A stretch of DNA of 64,000 nt, from NCBI RefSeq assembly GCF_000143415.4, contig NW_003314288.1:1855515-1919514 (forward strand). The letters are read 5' to 3'. Origin of the DNA: Selaginella moellendorffii. Lineage: Eukaryota > Plantae > Lycopodiophyta. Positions 49,417 through 63,218 of the stretch are shown here, piece after piece (position 1 is the stretch's first letter; each line of letters starts with the position of its first letter). The translations under genes were made by a program, and so were the position numbers. Under the pieces are notes generated by a model that searched no databases, was not told the DNA's origin, and saw nothing but the letters and a program-made list of their open reading frames with translations.

Positions 49417-52400
49417 TTAGATGTAAAACATGGTGTTCCGGATCTTCTCGTGCATCGGAGGAAGCGGCCGCACTGGTCCAGAGGGAACTCGTCGAGCAGC
49501 ACGCCTCCCTCCACGAGAACCACCAGCAGGACCACCTCCGGCGTCCGACCCTCCCCCACTCGCCGTCGTTGGAGGCGTGGAGCCCTCGGGATCCACCCAA
49601 GCCTGCGCTCGCTGTGCTGCCAAGTGAGCGTAATAGCACGGTGGAACTGCGAGAGAAGTTATCGTTTTTGCATCGAAAGAGACAAGCTTCGGACTTACCA
49701 TACGAAACAGCTCGGGTGCAGCGAGAGTAGAGGTAGCAGAGGTCGTGCGTGAACTGCTGGATCTCGTTAGCAGTAAACCCATTCTCGTCTTTGAGGACGT
49801 GGTAGTGCACGGGCCGGCTAGTCCCCTGCACAGTGCCGCAGGCAAGTTTAAGAATGAGAAATCACTGTGGGGATTTCTTGGGAGTACCTTGATTCCCTGG
49901 TGGCTGCAAAGGTAGAAGTCGAAGTTTGTCGGATGGCACACGACTTTATCGACGATTGTCCCCGGGCTGATGTTCTGGTTTTTCCCAGTTGGCTTCGTGG
50001 CTGGGAAAAAACAGGTATGGTGTCTCTTTTGCACCACTATGAACGTGATCTTGGGACCCTTTGATGGTTGCTTGGACCGCTTTTCAGCCTGCTCCGGAGG
50101 CCCACCGCTCCAGCCTAGAGCGGAACAAGCCTGCGACGTGCCAAGATTTTAGACACCCGATCGAAGTCAAAATGTTTACAAACTTACTCGCTGAAGCGAC
50201 TCGTATTCGCTACGAAGCACAGCTTCGAACTGTCCTTCGCTTACTCCGTCTCTGGAATGTTAATGTAAGCTTCTAAATCCCGACCATTTCCTTTTGTTAC
50301 CTGTAATAAATTATACGCTCAGGGATAAAGTTCGTCCGGTGATGGAATGCCATCAACATCTCCCTGTTGCAAAGAAAAACAGAAAAACAATGTTAATGCA
50401 CCACACCGTAAGAACACACTTACTTGAAAATGCCACCACTGACACTACGGCCCTGCTCGTCAACGTTCTCCCAGAACAGGTCGTCCAACATCTCCTGTCG
50501 CGAAGGCTGACTTCTCACGACCGTCGCATACTGCGCAAACCCGGGCCAATCCATACTCGCCACAACCTGGATGTTCTTTATGTCAGTGAGAGCATCCATC
50601 TTTATATCGTTACGTACCGCTGCCATTGAGCACCCTGTTTCCTCCCCAGCACGAGGATGAGAAACGTCCGCACCGATTATCAGAGTTGGCGAGTCTGCTA
50701 CCGGCTTGCATTTCTTCAGATCTTGCGCACATATAACTGCGTTTTTCCCTCCGAACTGTCGAAACCTCGTCAATAGCCAACGAAAGAAAACATTTCGCAT
50801 AATACCTTGGCATTGATTTTTAAAATAAGGTTTGCGAGGTAGCGAGGATCACACTTCCTAATTTTACCCTCCTGCGCGCATTGAGTTATGACGCCAAGTT
50901 CAAGCTCGCATAAGCGCTTGATAGTCACTGTGAAGAAGGAAGAAGTGTTCACTGAACATGAATCACAGTCACCGCAAATCTTACCATAAAATGGCTTGTG
51001 TTCACGATCTGGTAGAATGCACACGAGCAGCTGGAGCTCGATATTCCGCTCCGCAAGTTTTTTCACGGAAGACCGTATCGCTTCGTCCACCGTCTGTGGA
51101 ACAGTCACCACCAGCGGAGGCATTACGACATTCACGTCCAAGCCCTGTAAAAGAAGCATTAAGAAAAGCTAGTAAAAGAAGAATTCTGCAGACGTACCAC
51201 TCCATAAGAAAGACATGCTGACGAGAGCTGCTGTGCTATCCTTTGAAGGTCATTTTCTCTCACACGGTTAGAGCAGCTAATAATGCCCCAATGTTTGATC
51301 TCCCGCCCTTCAACCATTTTCTGCACGCATTCATCTGCGTCATGAATAGCACAATCTTCCCAATTGCTTGCACCTTGTTTATCATGTTCCACGTCCCATC
51401 GCGGGGACAAATTTCACCATTTCCATACTTCACCTGCACTTACGAATTTTTATTTGTCTACTTCACGAGGTCTGCTAGTAAACCCAACCTTTGGAGGATT
51501 AAGAACTCGAGCTGGAACTCTAGTCCAGTTAGGATTGATTTCCACTCCGAACTCTTTGGCGTGATCTTCACTTTGTTTTTTCAGATTTAAGCAGGCCTGG
51601 ACAAAAACGTTTGTCGAGGTAGAAATGAAGCTGCCCAAACCTGTTGTGTGGCGTTCACGCGTTGCTCAGGTAGGCAGCATGTCATTGCAGAGAGCCCCTT
51701 TCTCTGGTCGTCATTCACCCTTCTGGTAAAATTCTGGCCCTTAACGAGTCGGCAGAGCTGCCCAACAACAATGGATTACTCGTCAAACAGCAGAAGGATA
51801 GGCAAACCTCGAGCGGGATATACTTTTTCCGATCACCGGATCCTTGCTCCACAGCAGGAAACCCCCCAAAAGCCAGGTTTAAACCATAAGTTTGCCGAAA
51901 ATAATCGGCTACAGAAACTTGCATGCCATTCATATTAAAGCTTTACAAAAACGACGTTAGCGAAGAACACGAACTTGAAAGCAGGGGGCACTTACTTCAA
52001 AGTTTCCAGTGGCTGTCGCGTCAAGCTCACAATCTTGAGTTTTCGTTTGGTCTTGCAGTGACTTGTTTCCACCTTGAGGCCTTTCACCAGCTTCTTCATC
52101 TACACAAAAGATCGCTTTGCTTAGGAAAAGCACATTCTAAGATGAAGGAAAAAAAAGAAAGAAAGAGAAATCTCAACCTTGACGCGGTAAGTGTCGCCCT
52201 GTGCATCCTGCCGACGCATGTTACGATCCAGATCGCGAGGATCGGCACCAAAAGACCGGCTCACAAACTCCACCAGAGTCTGCCCCTCCTTGATAAACGC
52301 ATTCCCGGTCATGTCTGCGAGAAGAAAAAATAAAGAATAAAAGAACGCAACCTGGAAACTCTGGAAACTCGTACCAATGTTAAGGACGAGCAAATTGTCC

Positions 52401-53190
52401 TGTGCTGGACGGATGGACATATAGAAGCCTTGCCACGCGACGAGGCCCCCTCCAAGATCCTTGTTTCCCAGGTTAGGGGAGAAGAAAGACCGACCACCAG
52501 GAACAAGGCTGCATTGAGTTCCACCCTTTTAGACAAAGAAAGAAGGAAGAACAAGAGCGAGCGTTCTTACTTCTTCGAGTTCGTAGCACACTCCCTCAAG
52601 ACGAGATCCATGACTTGGATCGTGTCGTGTGGGCAAACAGTGGTTCTCCCGCCTAGAAAATTCGCGAGCGAGCCCAAATTCGGCCTCGAGGCAAGCCGCA
52701 GTGTGACACGAAAGTCTGTGTCTCTCCTGGCAACATACATTGCTCGAAATCAGCACAAACGAGAGAAAAAGCCTCGAAATCTTGCCTCCTTCTTCCACTA
52801 TCGTCGACATCCCCGAGCTTCACGTCCAGCTCTAGGCTATCGCCGATCGATTTCGCCGTGTAGAGGCTCTTCTCTCCATCGTAGACCGGCAAGCACTGGA
52901 TCTTCTCATTCTTGTACTGCTCGATCATGGCCTGGATGATGGCTCGCTTGAATCCCGCGGGAACATCGGGGGTCACAACCACCTGGAATCGCAAGAACCA
53001 GCGGCAAGGACGCGAAATAAGCAAGGAGAGAAGGATCGATCGAGCAAGAACCTACATCGTAGTGGAAAACATTCCTCGTCTTGTCGAAGCGCACCCAGAA
53101 ATTATTGGCCAGCACCGTCGTCCCCGTTCCCGCGGTGCCATAGCCCGGCCGGCGCGCGAGGATCACCGTCGTCGGAGCTCCCTCCGCCAT
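49417..53190 (-). CDS. AGO: Argonaute protein, multi-exon, DEDH tetrad intact
   Basis: [18 protein letters not shown] (VSVADYF..Y..YIPLELC), [49 protein letters not shown] and [10 protein letters not shown]. Confidence 0.96.
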
Positions 53191-53495
53191 AGCTCTCGCC
53201 TTCTCTCCACACACAACGAAAGAAACCCCTCGCCAATTGGAAAAATGGGAAGGCTGGGATTGGACGGCTGGGATGGAAGGAGGGAGATCTAACGGCTGGA
53301 ATGTCAACAGTTAAGAAGATGGTAAGTGCTGACGGCTATAGGGCGTACTGTTGGATCGTGAGTAGCACATTTAGCTTTCTAGGCTAGTCGATTGGTTTTA
53401 ATCATGGCGATCGATCTAAGCGACTGCTTTGATTGGAGTATATCATTCATAAGTTTGATTACTTTGTACTAATAAAATTCCTCACTAATTCATTC

Positions 53496-56046
53496 TTAAG
53501 CATTCGTCCATTCTAAATGCAAGTGAAGCTTTCCAGCCGCTCGAGGAGAAAGCGTCACTACTTCGTAGTATGATCTCTCGGTGAGAACTTTGGAGAGTGT
53601 AAGCGCACAACTTCCCATAAAATCCTGGAAAGAAAACTTGTTAGATCCATGGAGCTCTAAGTTTTTCTATGGAAGATCCACCTTTCCAAACACATCGCGG
53701 TCCCAAACTTCCACCACAACCATATCGTTCCTCGCGTCCTCCACGGGGAATTGAAACCTTTGGTTCCACTCCGGATTGAGCGTCTTGCGCATCACCTGGA
53801 AGAAAGTTCTCTAAAACTTTAGAACACCCCTCAAGAACAAGCTCTAACACCACTTACGCTGGTCTTTTGCATCTTCGCTTTGCTTCCTTTCATGTAAATC
53901 ACCACATATGGATCCGACTTGCCATTGAAATCCTTGGCCACCAAGTTCTCCCCTCGAATCACCGTCACGCCCAGCGTTCCACTAGCAGCTAGCTGATCGT
54001 CGCCCGAGGACAAGACTCGATAGTGCACGGCAGCCGGCTTGATGAAGCTCTTGGATGAAAGCTTTGATGCCAAAGAGGAAGCTCGCCTGTGGTGCTGGAC
54101 GCCATTTACGAGCGGTGTTCTTGGTGTTTGTGACTTTGTACCACCTTCCGGCCGTGAATCCACGTCTAGCGGCATGTAAAGAAGCTCGAGCTGGACCTGT
54201 TGTCATTGGAATGCTAAATGGAAAGAAAGAAGAGCTTGCATGAAGTTTACCTGGCCTCTATACTTGTTTTCCTTCTTGTTGCCGAGATCCTTGACGAGTG
54301 GAAGCCAGTACTCGGTTAAGCTCCCCGGCTGTAGCTCTCTCACCGGCACTTGAGTCGATCCGATTAGCTCCGAGGCCTGGACGCTGTCTTCGTCGAAAAT
54401 GTGAACAAACAGCTTCTGCGTTGCCGGATCTTCTATTTCAAACTCAAAAACTTCGTTCCATACCGGGTTCAGGTCGTTATCCTGCAAAGTTTTCAAAGAT
54501 TCATGAAGAAAAAAAATTCGTAAGACTTCCTTACGATTGTTTTGGTTCTTTTTCTCCGGGCCGGTATGGGACGGATAAAGAGCTGCGCGAAAGGATCGGA
54601 TTTTCCAAACAAGTCCATGTTGAGCAAGTCTTTCGCTTGTACCACCTTGACAACTAGTCTTCCACACGTACGGAGTTGGAGATCACTGTTATACGGCACC
54701 AAGAAATCTGTGTCGAGTGAAGTTCATGAAAGATGCGTGAGTTACCTATAGTCACCCGCGAGAATTGGCACAACTTGCCGCATTGGCCAGAGGAACGAGT
54801 CCGTCACCGCCGTTCTTATCATTCCCTATAGATTATACGTTCATGGGAGAAAAAACAAGGAGTAGAGAGCAAACACAACGCTTACATCGATTGCTCCTGC
54901 AAGCACTGGAAATGCTTTGATGTCTCCGCCGATAAACTTGAGCTTGAAATCAAGTTTTTTCTGGCAACAATGAACAGCACTCTCAGCAAAAAGATGGGAG
55001 AAAAATCACTGCTAACCTGTTCACGCAGCGAGTACATAATGGCTCCAAAGCACGGGAAAGTATCGACTAGAGGCTTGAGAACAACGCGAAAGACACCAGT
55101 TACTCCAATGTCCTTCACCTTTTTTTGTGTTTTCCATAGAAGTTTGACAAACATGAGCGGAAAAATGCTTAAGATTTTCAACGCGCGCTACCTGTACTGG
55201 TGGGAGCGACACTCCAAGCATGGTTTTCACGCCAAGTATAATGCTGGGATTCCCATCCCACTGCAGCTCCATCTCCAACACGATCTCATCGTCGGTTGTT
55301 TCCACCTTTTGTATGCCTGCACAAAAGAAAACAAGAAAAAGGCTCCACAAAGTCACTCCACTTTCAAAAGTTTGTGGCAAGGAACTGTGATTCTTGGACC
55401 TACAAACTGTGGCGCGACAGTGCCGAGCGTGAACTTTTGGAACTTGAGAGAAGAAATAACCGGGGGTTTGTATTGCTCCAGTATGGGTTCCACGATAACT
55501 CTAGTGAGCTCCGAGGTTGCCTGTTAAACAAAATCACGAGAACTTGAGACTTGTTTTTCTAAAAAAAATAAAAATTTTTCTCGACGAACCTGATCTATGA
55601 ATGGCCACATCTTCCGGAGCTCGTAGTTTAGCCACGACACCTATAGAAAAAGAAAGAAAAGAAGGCGGTGTTACTTAATAGAGAAGAAAACCAACCGGTG
55701 TTACTTAACAGAGAAGAATTGTTAGCGAGGAAGAAACACTAGAGGCTTTAACTGAACCTTGTCATACTGGGTGAAGAGGACCCACTGCGGTAAAGACTGC
55801 TTGCTAAAGAGCTTCCTCACATCCTCCACGCTTAGTTGCGAGAATGCCGCCGTGGAGACCGCCTGCCGCGAGGAAGCAAAATTTGGGATGATTGGAGAAG
55901 GCTCTAGAATGCAGAGAAAACGAAAGAAGAGGAGCACTCACCAGTTTCCTGCGAGCTTGGGATCGCTGGTTCTCGCAGAGAACGAAGGCGATCGTCAGCG
56001 CTAGGCCGAGAAGAAGCCCCAAAACGAAGCCAATCACCAGGCCCAT
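53496..56046 (-). CDS. Plant synaptotagmin (SYT4/5-like: TM-SMP-C2-C2)
   Basis: N-terminal TM; SMP (WLNYELRKMWPFID, KFTLGTVAPQF); C2A (GKSDPFA, DNDLNPVWNE); C2B (GKSDPYV, LNPEWNQ). Confidence 0.94.
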
Positions 56047-56355
56047 GATGTAGCACCATCCACGGATTCGATCCGCGAAAATCGATCGAGAAAAGCGGGA
56101 GTGACCACTTTAATTCCTGATACCCTCCTCTTTCTCTTCACTGGCCGCTCTCTACTACTACGCTACCTTTGAGAGAAAAAATTGGATCCTGGATTGGATG
56201 AATCGAAGCTGCCGCCCTTCCCACCGTGACGTGGTAATCTTCGTTCCGCACATGGAATATTCCGGGGAATGATTCTTTCCGGTACGGTACTTTTAAACCT
56301 TCGATTGTACCATTTCCTTTTATCGAAGTGGAACGTTTTCGCATTGTTTGCTCGA

Positions 56356-56855
56356 TCATTCTTCTCGAGTGATTGGCTCCAGCGTCACCACCTCGAGGAT
56401 CTCCCCGTCGCTCCAATGCAGCGCCTTGAGATCAGCCGCGGGATCGACGGCGGCGCCCTTGATCTCGGAAGAATCGAGTGTGGAGCGGAAGAGACTTATC
56501 ATCTTCGTGTTCTTCAGGGCTTCGAGCATCTGGACCTACCAAGGAAGAAATAAAGATCGATCAAAAACCAAATCAAAGCAAGCACGATTGTTGGAAAAGA
56601 AATGTAGCACCACGCCCCACTACCTTGGTCCGGAAGACGGTAGCGCTGCGTACTCCATGCATCCTGAGCACCTGATCGACGATCCAATTTGGGATCAAAG
56701 ATTGAAGAAAAACCCATCCAATCGAGTGGATCCATCCAAATTACCTCTTCCAGGCTCTTGGTAAGAATCCCCTTTGTGAGCATCTCCTCCTCCGGAAGCT
56801 GCGACTGCCGAAACAGCGAAGTGTACTCCTCTGTGGTGACGCTCGACAGCGCCAT
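56356..56855 (-). CDS. Small conserved plant protein of unknown function, 3 exons
   Basis: Spliced product MALSSVTTEEYTSLF...LEE|VLRMHG...|VQMLEAL..MISLFRSTL...DLKALHW matches, from memory, an uncharacterised plant family (EEY..MHG..RSTL..DL..L.W). Confidence 0.65.
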
Positions 56856-58088
56856 AGCCGCCGCCGCCGCCTTCACCCTTCTTGTAATTCTTAAGTGGAA
56901 TCTAAACTAACCTTCACATAGTTTTAATAACCTTTCTTCCAGTATTTGGATAAAAGGAACCTTGAGTTTTAAATTTAAATTCTTGACAAAGAATATTTTA
57001 CTTTTATTACTTGTAGGTTGGTAGAGGTAAAAAATACCATAGGAACAGTAAAGTATATTTCATTATGGCAAGGGTAAAAACTTTCTTTCTTGTTATGTCA
57101 AACAATCAATGAGGCAAACTTTTAGGTTGGAGAGGTATTTCCTTCATAATATTTAAGTTCTCAACTAAAGAATCAATTGAAAATGTTTCACCAATATGTA
57201 TTGGCAAACAAAGTGAGTTGCTATTAATTTCTCAAGATGATCCTCAAAATCAGAGTTTAATGCATTGAATTTTGTCATAAAGGCAAGTTTCATTTTTTTC
57301 TTATAAATAACAAGCATGTAGGGCTTCAACATCTTTATAGTACCAAATATATATAAGATAAGTAAAATAATCAAGAACAATAGGGAAAAGTAAAACATTG
57401 CACAAAGGTATAATTGTGGTGTCATACTCCAAACATACTTTCAAATCAGGCCTCAAAATTACACCTTTTAAAGCTGTTTAACTTGCTAGATTCTAATTTA
57501 GCCTACTATTTGAATGATAAGTCACCTTGCACTAAAGTACAAAAATATTTTAGCCCTATGACTTATAAGGCAAAGAAAATTTGTATATTGTAGTATGAAT
57601 AATATTTTACCAAATAGTATTAAAAATATCTTAAGAATATCCTAGTGTTTAACCACGGATTAGGTCTAGCATAGATGGGTAAGCAATGATAGCAACAACA
57701 ATATGGGATTAAAATATTTATCACTACTACTACTAAGATGGAGAAAAGAAAGATATATCAACAAAATATGGCAATCCATAATTCACTTTTTGATGAAAGA
57801 CCTAAAATTAGATTAAAGGATGAACAGCAGAAGAAGAAGTTAATATTTCAAATAGTCAAAAGAATAAAACATTCAAAACTCAATTTTACTTAAGTATATT
57901 ATATGGTGGATACTAAAGACAAGCAGAAGATGAAATGTACAACATCTGTATATGCTAGAAAGGATAATCCTTTTGGTAAAAATGGTTATTTTACTCTTCA
58001 AAAACCAACTTTGAAAAAGAATAACAATTCCAAACAACATCAATTAAATATAACTATTTGGAAAGTAAAGAAAAAAAAGGGCTATCTA

Positions 58089-58392
58089 TGTCAGGAATCC
58101 CCCAATTCTTGCCACATTCCTGACTCTCACCGAATTCCTGACATGCAGACCACATTCATGATTCTCGAGACACTTCCCTATTATGTGGCACCTCCTCAAC
58201 CTCAGCTATATTTAGGCCGTCCTCGATCCAAGAGTGGTGGAGCTTCATTAACCTATAGTATATATAGATTAGCCTTGTTCCATTTCTCCACAATCTGAAT
58301 CAATGCCAATTTAAAGCCTCTTCTTTGTTTCCACTAGCTTTTCTCTTTGTCTTTTGCATTTTCCAATCTTGATCTTGTTGGGGGTCTTGACA
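58089..58392 (+). repeat. 5' LTR
   Basis: Direct repeat of 63219-63596; TATATATA at 58259-58266. Confidence 0.95.
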
Positions 58393-59435
58393 GTTTAATT
58401 CAGATTATGCTTTTTGCTTTTGTTTTAGCTCGTTTCGATTATTTGATTGCCTTTGTCTTTTATTCCTTTTTTTTTTCCTTTCTTCTTGCCGATGGAGTCT
58501 CCAAGCCATCCTGATTTCTTTGCCGAAGTCCTTGCAAAAATCCAGTCTAAGAATACCGAGCTGAAGGCGACCCTTCTTCGCATGCAGCAGGAGCTTGCTT
58601 CACTTTCGGCTCAAGGATCCAACAAAGTTTCTGAACCGAAGGTGAGTTTCCCGGCGAAACTTTCAGGCAAGCATTTGGAGCTTCGCAGATTTTTGAACCA
58701 AATGGAGCTGATCTTTGCACTTCAACATCGGCAGTACCCCACTCCCGAGTCTCAAATTGGCGCGATTGGGACGTTGCTTGAAGGTGCAGCTTTGTCATGG
58801 TTTTCTCCTCTTCTGGAGAAGAGCATGAAAGTGGTCGTGGTTCCGGAGCTGATGGATCTTCAATTGTTCAAAGAGAAGCTCGAAGCATGTTTTGGCGAGA
58901 CGGATCGGGTTCGGGCTGCTACCACAAAGATGAGACATCTCTCTTAGGGGTCTCGTCCTGCCTCAATCTACGCTACAGAGTTCCAACTCCTTGCCTTGGA
59001 CACTCAGTGGGATGAGCGGGCCCTGATTGACCAATTTCGTTTCGGCCTCAACAACGGTGTCAAGGATTTGTTGCTCACCATGGAGGATCCCAAGGACTTA
59101 TCGGACGCCATCAACAAAGCTGTTCGATGTGACAATCGTCTCTTTGAACGTCGTCAGGAAAGTCGCTGCGCCGCTGTTTTTCCGTCCCAGACTTAGGAAT
59201 CCCAGCTTGAGCCTTCGGGGCATACTCCTGAACCCACTGCTCCGGTCCCGATGGATATTTCTGGTACTCCCCAACTCATTAGAGGGAAGTTGAGTCCTGC
59301 TGAGAAGCAATGTCGAATATCTCATAATCTTTGCCTCTACTGTGCTGATCCTAATCACAAAGCAGCTGTGTGTCCTAAGAAGCCTCCTCGACTGCTCGAG
59401 TTCACTCTGCCTCAAAGTCCACCTCTATTGCAGTT

Positions 59436-59480
59436 GGGAAACGACCCTGTCCAAACAGAGTAAGAGCTGTCTGTTTGGAC
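59436..59480 (+). promoter_or_regulatory. -1 programmed ribosomal frameshift signal (gag-pol)
   Basis: G GGA AAC in gag phase, 6-nt spacer, perfect 11-bp stem GTCCAAACAGA/TCTGTTTGGAC; the -1 frame is the protease frame. Confidence 0.85.
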
Positions 59481-62400
59481 TCCCCGAATAAAAATCACTT
59501 TTCTTCTTTATCAAACTCCTCACCACCTTTCATCAAAGCCACCACCAATTCCCGCAACTTCCGCGTCTAATGTCTTCTTTCTTTCATCGGACAATCAGGA
59601 CTCAAGGCTTTGGCGCTACTGGACTCGGGTGCAACTTCCTGCTTCATGGACACGGACTTTGCTGCCCGACATCACGTTCCTCTTTCTCCTACCATATGGG
59701 ATCTGAGGGTTGAAGGCATCGGCGGGCATTTTGTGTCTCCATCTTCTGGACTTAGGGAAACGTTGCCCGTTCGAGTACACATCGGATCCACCGTCACCGA
59801 TATCGCCTTCAACATCATCAATAGCAAGTCCTCCTCTGTGGTGCTCGGTCTTCCTTGGTTTCAACTACATCAGCCTCAGATTTGTTGGAAGGAATTACAG
59901 CTCATCTCTCCCACATCACCATCTCCCACGGCTTCCCCTACTATTCATCGAGTCCGAATTAGGAAAAGTTCCCTAAACTTAAATCGGGGTTCTGTTCCTG
60001 ACTCTACGAAGTTTTCACCCTCTTCTTTTTCCTCTCTTCCATCTTACACTGGATAGTATCCTCATTTCATCATTCCATTTAGTCGTACACCTCCTCCTAT
60101 CTCCACAATCACTATGAAAGAACTCCTTCATGAAGAACCTATTTTCCTTTTTGCTTTGCATGTTTTTCCTGTCAGTCTTCCTGAGAAGTATCATGATTTT
60201 GGGGATGTGTTTGACAAGAAAAAAGCTAGTGTACTACTTGTTCATTGGCCTTATGACTGTCCCATTGATTTACAGGAAGGAGCGTCACCTCCGTGAGGGC
60301 CTATCTATGGGTTATCCCCGTCCGAGCTTAAAGCCCACAAAGAGTACGTGGATGAGAACCTTGCTTCGGGGTACATTTAGCATTCGTAGTCCCCAGCTGG
60401 AGCGCCTGTCTTCTTTGTCAAGAAGAAGGATGGGAGTTTGCGGCTAGTCATCGATTACCGAGGTTTGAACAAAGTGACTGTTCGGAACCGTTATCCGCTG
60501 CCCCTGATCTCGGACCTGTTGGAACGCCTCGGCGGTGCCCGCTTCTTCACCAAGATTGATCTCCGTGGCGCATACAACCTGATCCGGATCCGGCTTGGTG
60601 ATGAATGGAAGACTGCATTCCGAACTCGCTATGGCCACTTCGAGTACACTGTCATGCCATTTGGCTTGACAAATGCTCCAGCAGTTTTCCAACACATGGC
60701 GAACAATGTCTTTCGGGAGTTTCTTGATCAGATGGTGATCGTCTACCTTGATGACATCCTCATCTACTCAAAAACTCAGGAGGAGCACGACGAACACGTA
60801 CACAAGGTGCTGGCAAAGCTGCGTGAATACGGCCTATACGCGAAGCTTGAGAAATGTTCCTTCGATCAGCAATCTGTGGAGTTCCTTGGGTACATTGTCA
60901 CTCCTGAGGGTATCACAATGGATCCTGCCAAAGTCAAGACTATTCTCGAGTGGGAGCCTCCACAATCAATGTCGGACGTTCAGGTTTTCCTTGGCTTCGC
61001 CAATTTCTACCGCAAATTCATTGATCACTACTCTAATATTGTCCTTCCTCTCACGCATCTCACTCGTAAGGATGTTCCCTTCTCTTGGTCTGCTGTTGCG
61101 TAGCACGCCTTCGACACACTCAAGGTAGCCTTCAGTTCTACTCCCATTTTGATCCATGCTGATTCCTCACAACCTTTCTTCATTGAGGCATATGCCTCCG
61201 ACTTTGCCATTGGTGCTGTGTTGTCTCAACTTGGAGCGGATCAAGAACTTCATCCGGTCGCTTTCCATTCTCAAAAATTTCAGCCTGCGGAGATCAATTA
61301 CGAAATCCACTACAAGGAGCTCCTTGCCATCGTGGATTCCTTTGGAGAGTGGCGCCATTTCTTGGAGGGGGCGGGCCATCAAACAACAGTCTGGACGGAT
61401 CACAAAAATCTCGAGGACTTTGCCACTTCCCGAGTTTTAAGCTGTCGTCAAGCAAGGTGGGCACAATTCTTGAGTCGGTTTAACTTTGTTATCAAGTACA
61501 GACCTGGAAAGCTTCAAGGCCTTCCTGATGCTCTTTCAAGGCGCTCCTATCTCAGTCTCAGGCCTGGTAATGCTGCCTTCGATCAACAAGATCAAGTTAT
61601 CCTCGGTCCTGATCGGCTTCAAGTTATGGCAATTTCCCTGGCCCCGCAGGACTCCTCTTTGATGGATGCAATCAGAAACGATCTTCAATCTGATGATCTC
61701 GCCAGCGACATTTTCCCCCATCTTCAGGCTGGACACTCTGTGACTCCCGATTGCCGGCAATTTGACGAGTTCGAGTTCTTAGATGGCTTATTATACCGTG
61801 GGGAGCAACTTTACGTTCCTGAAGGTGATGCTCGAAGGTTGGTCCTGATGGCGTGCCACGATAGCCCGATTGCTGGTCACTTCGGCATTGCGAAAACCTA
61901 TGAGCTAGTTGCACGGGACTTTTGGTGGCCTCACATGGACAACTACATCAAAGCTTTTGTTACCTCCTGTGACACTTGCGCCTGGAATAAGGTACCTCGC
62001 CACCTTCCTTCAGGTTTGCTTCGTTCCCTTCCGGTCCCTTCAGGTCCTTGGGAATCCATCTCCATGGATTTCTTGAGTGATCTTCCGAGTTCTGAAGGCT
62101 TCAATAGCATTTTAGTCGTGGTGGATCGCTTCACAAAGATGGCGCACTTCTTGCCATGTACCAAGGAGTTTTCGGGGAGGACATGGCAAAACTGGTATTC
62201 AGGAAATTTTCCAACTTCATGGGATTCCTACAGATGTGGTTTCGGGTCGGGGGCCTCAGTTCATCTCTCATTTCTGGAAACGGTTTTTGTAGCTGCTTGG
62301 AGTGAAGGCCAACCTCTCTTCGGCGTATCATCCTCAAACTGATGGGCAGTCCGAGCGAACGATTCAGACGTTGGAACAATTCTTGAGGTGCTTCATCAAC

Positions 62401-63218
62401 TATCATCCGGATAACTGGTTCGATATCCTTCCCCTTGCTAAGTTCTCCTATAACAACTCTGTTCACTCCTTTCTTCGAATTTCCCCCTTCTTTGCAAACT
62501 CTGGCCGAAATCCCCGATTCAATCTCTCACTTTCTTCTCCATCCGAATCCTCTCATTCAAATCCTCGCTCTAAGGCATTTGTCTCCAACCTCCAAGAAAT
62601 CCACAACTCCATCTCCTTCCACCTCCATCGTGCTCAGGAATCTCACAAAACATTTGCCAATGTCCATCGTCAGGATTGTCCCCCTTACAATATCGGGGAT
62701 AAAGTCTGGCTCCTCAGGCGAAATATCTCCACCACCAGGCCCTGTCCAAAACTTGATTTCAAACGCCTCGGTCCTTTCCCTATCACTGCCATCATTAATC
62801 CTGTCACTTATCGCCTTACACTTCCCTCCTCATATCAAATTCACCCTGTTTTTCATTCCTCTCTCCTTGAGCCTTATATTCCTAGTCCTATTCCCGATTG
62901 GGTCATTCCTCCACCTCCACCAGTGCAGCTCAAGGATGGGTCTGAGTACGAGGTTCAGGACATCCTTGATTCCAAGATTTCACGGTCTAAACTCTACTAT
63001 CTGGTCGACTGGAAGGGTAACGGGCCTGAAGAACGTACTTGGGAACCTACAGACAACCTAATTCATTCTCCTGACCTTGTTCAGGACTTCCACCGCTGCT
63101 ATCCTTCTCGTCCCAGTCCTCATTCTTTTTCTCCATCTCCCATCCCTCGCCGCTCATCTCATCCTCCTCGTCGTTCTCATTCACATCCTCGTTCCACTCG
63201 TTTTTGAGGAGGGGGTGC

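Noticed and set aside
7498-56046. MSL channel, four-domain channel and synaptotagmin as a Ca2+/mechanosensing gene cluster
   Set aside because: Widely spaced with unrelated genes between them; no evidence of co-regulation in the sequence.
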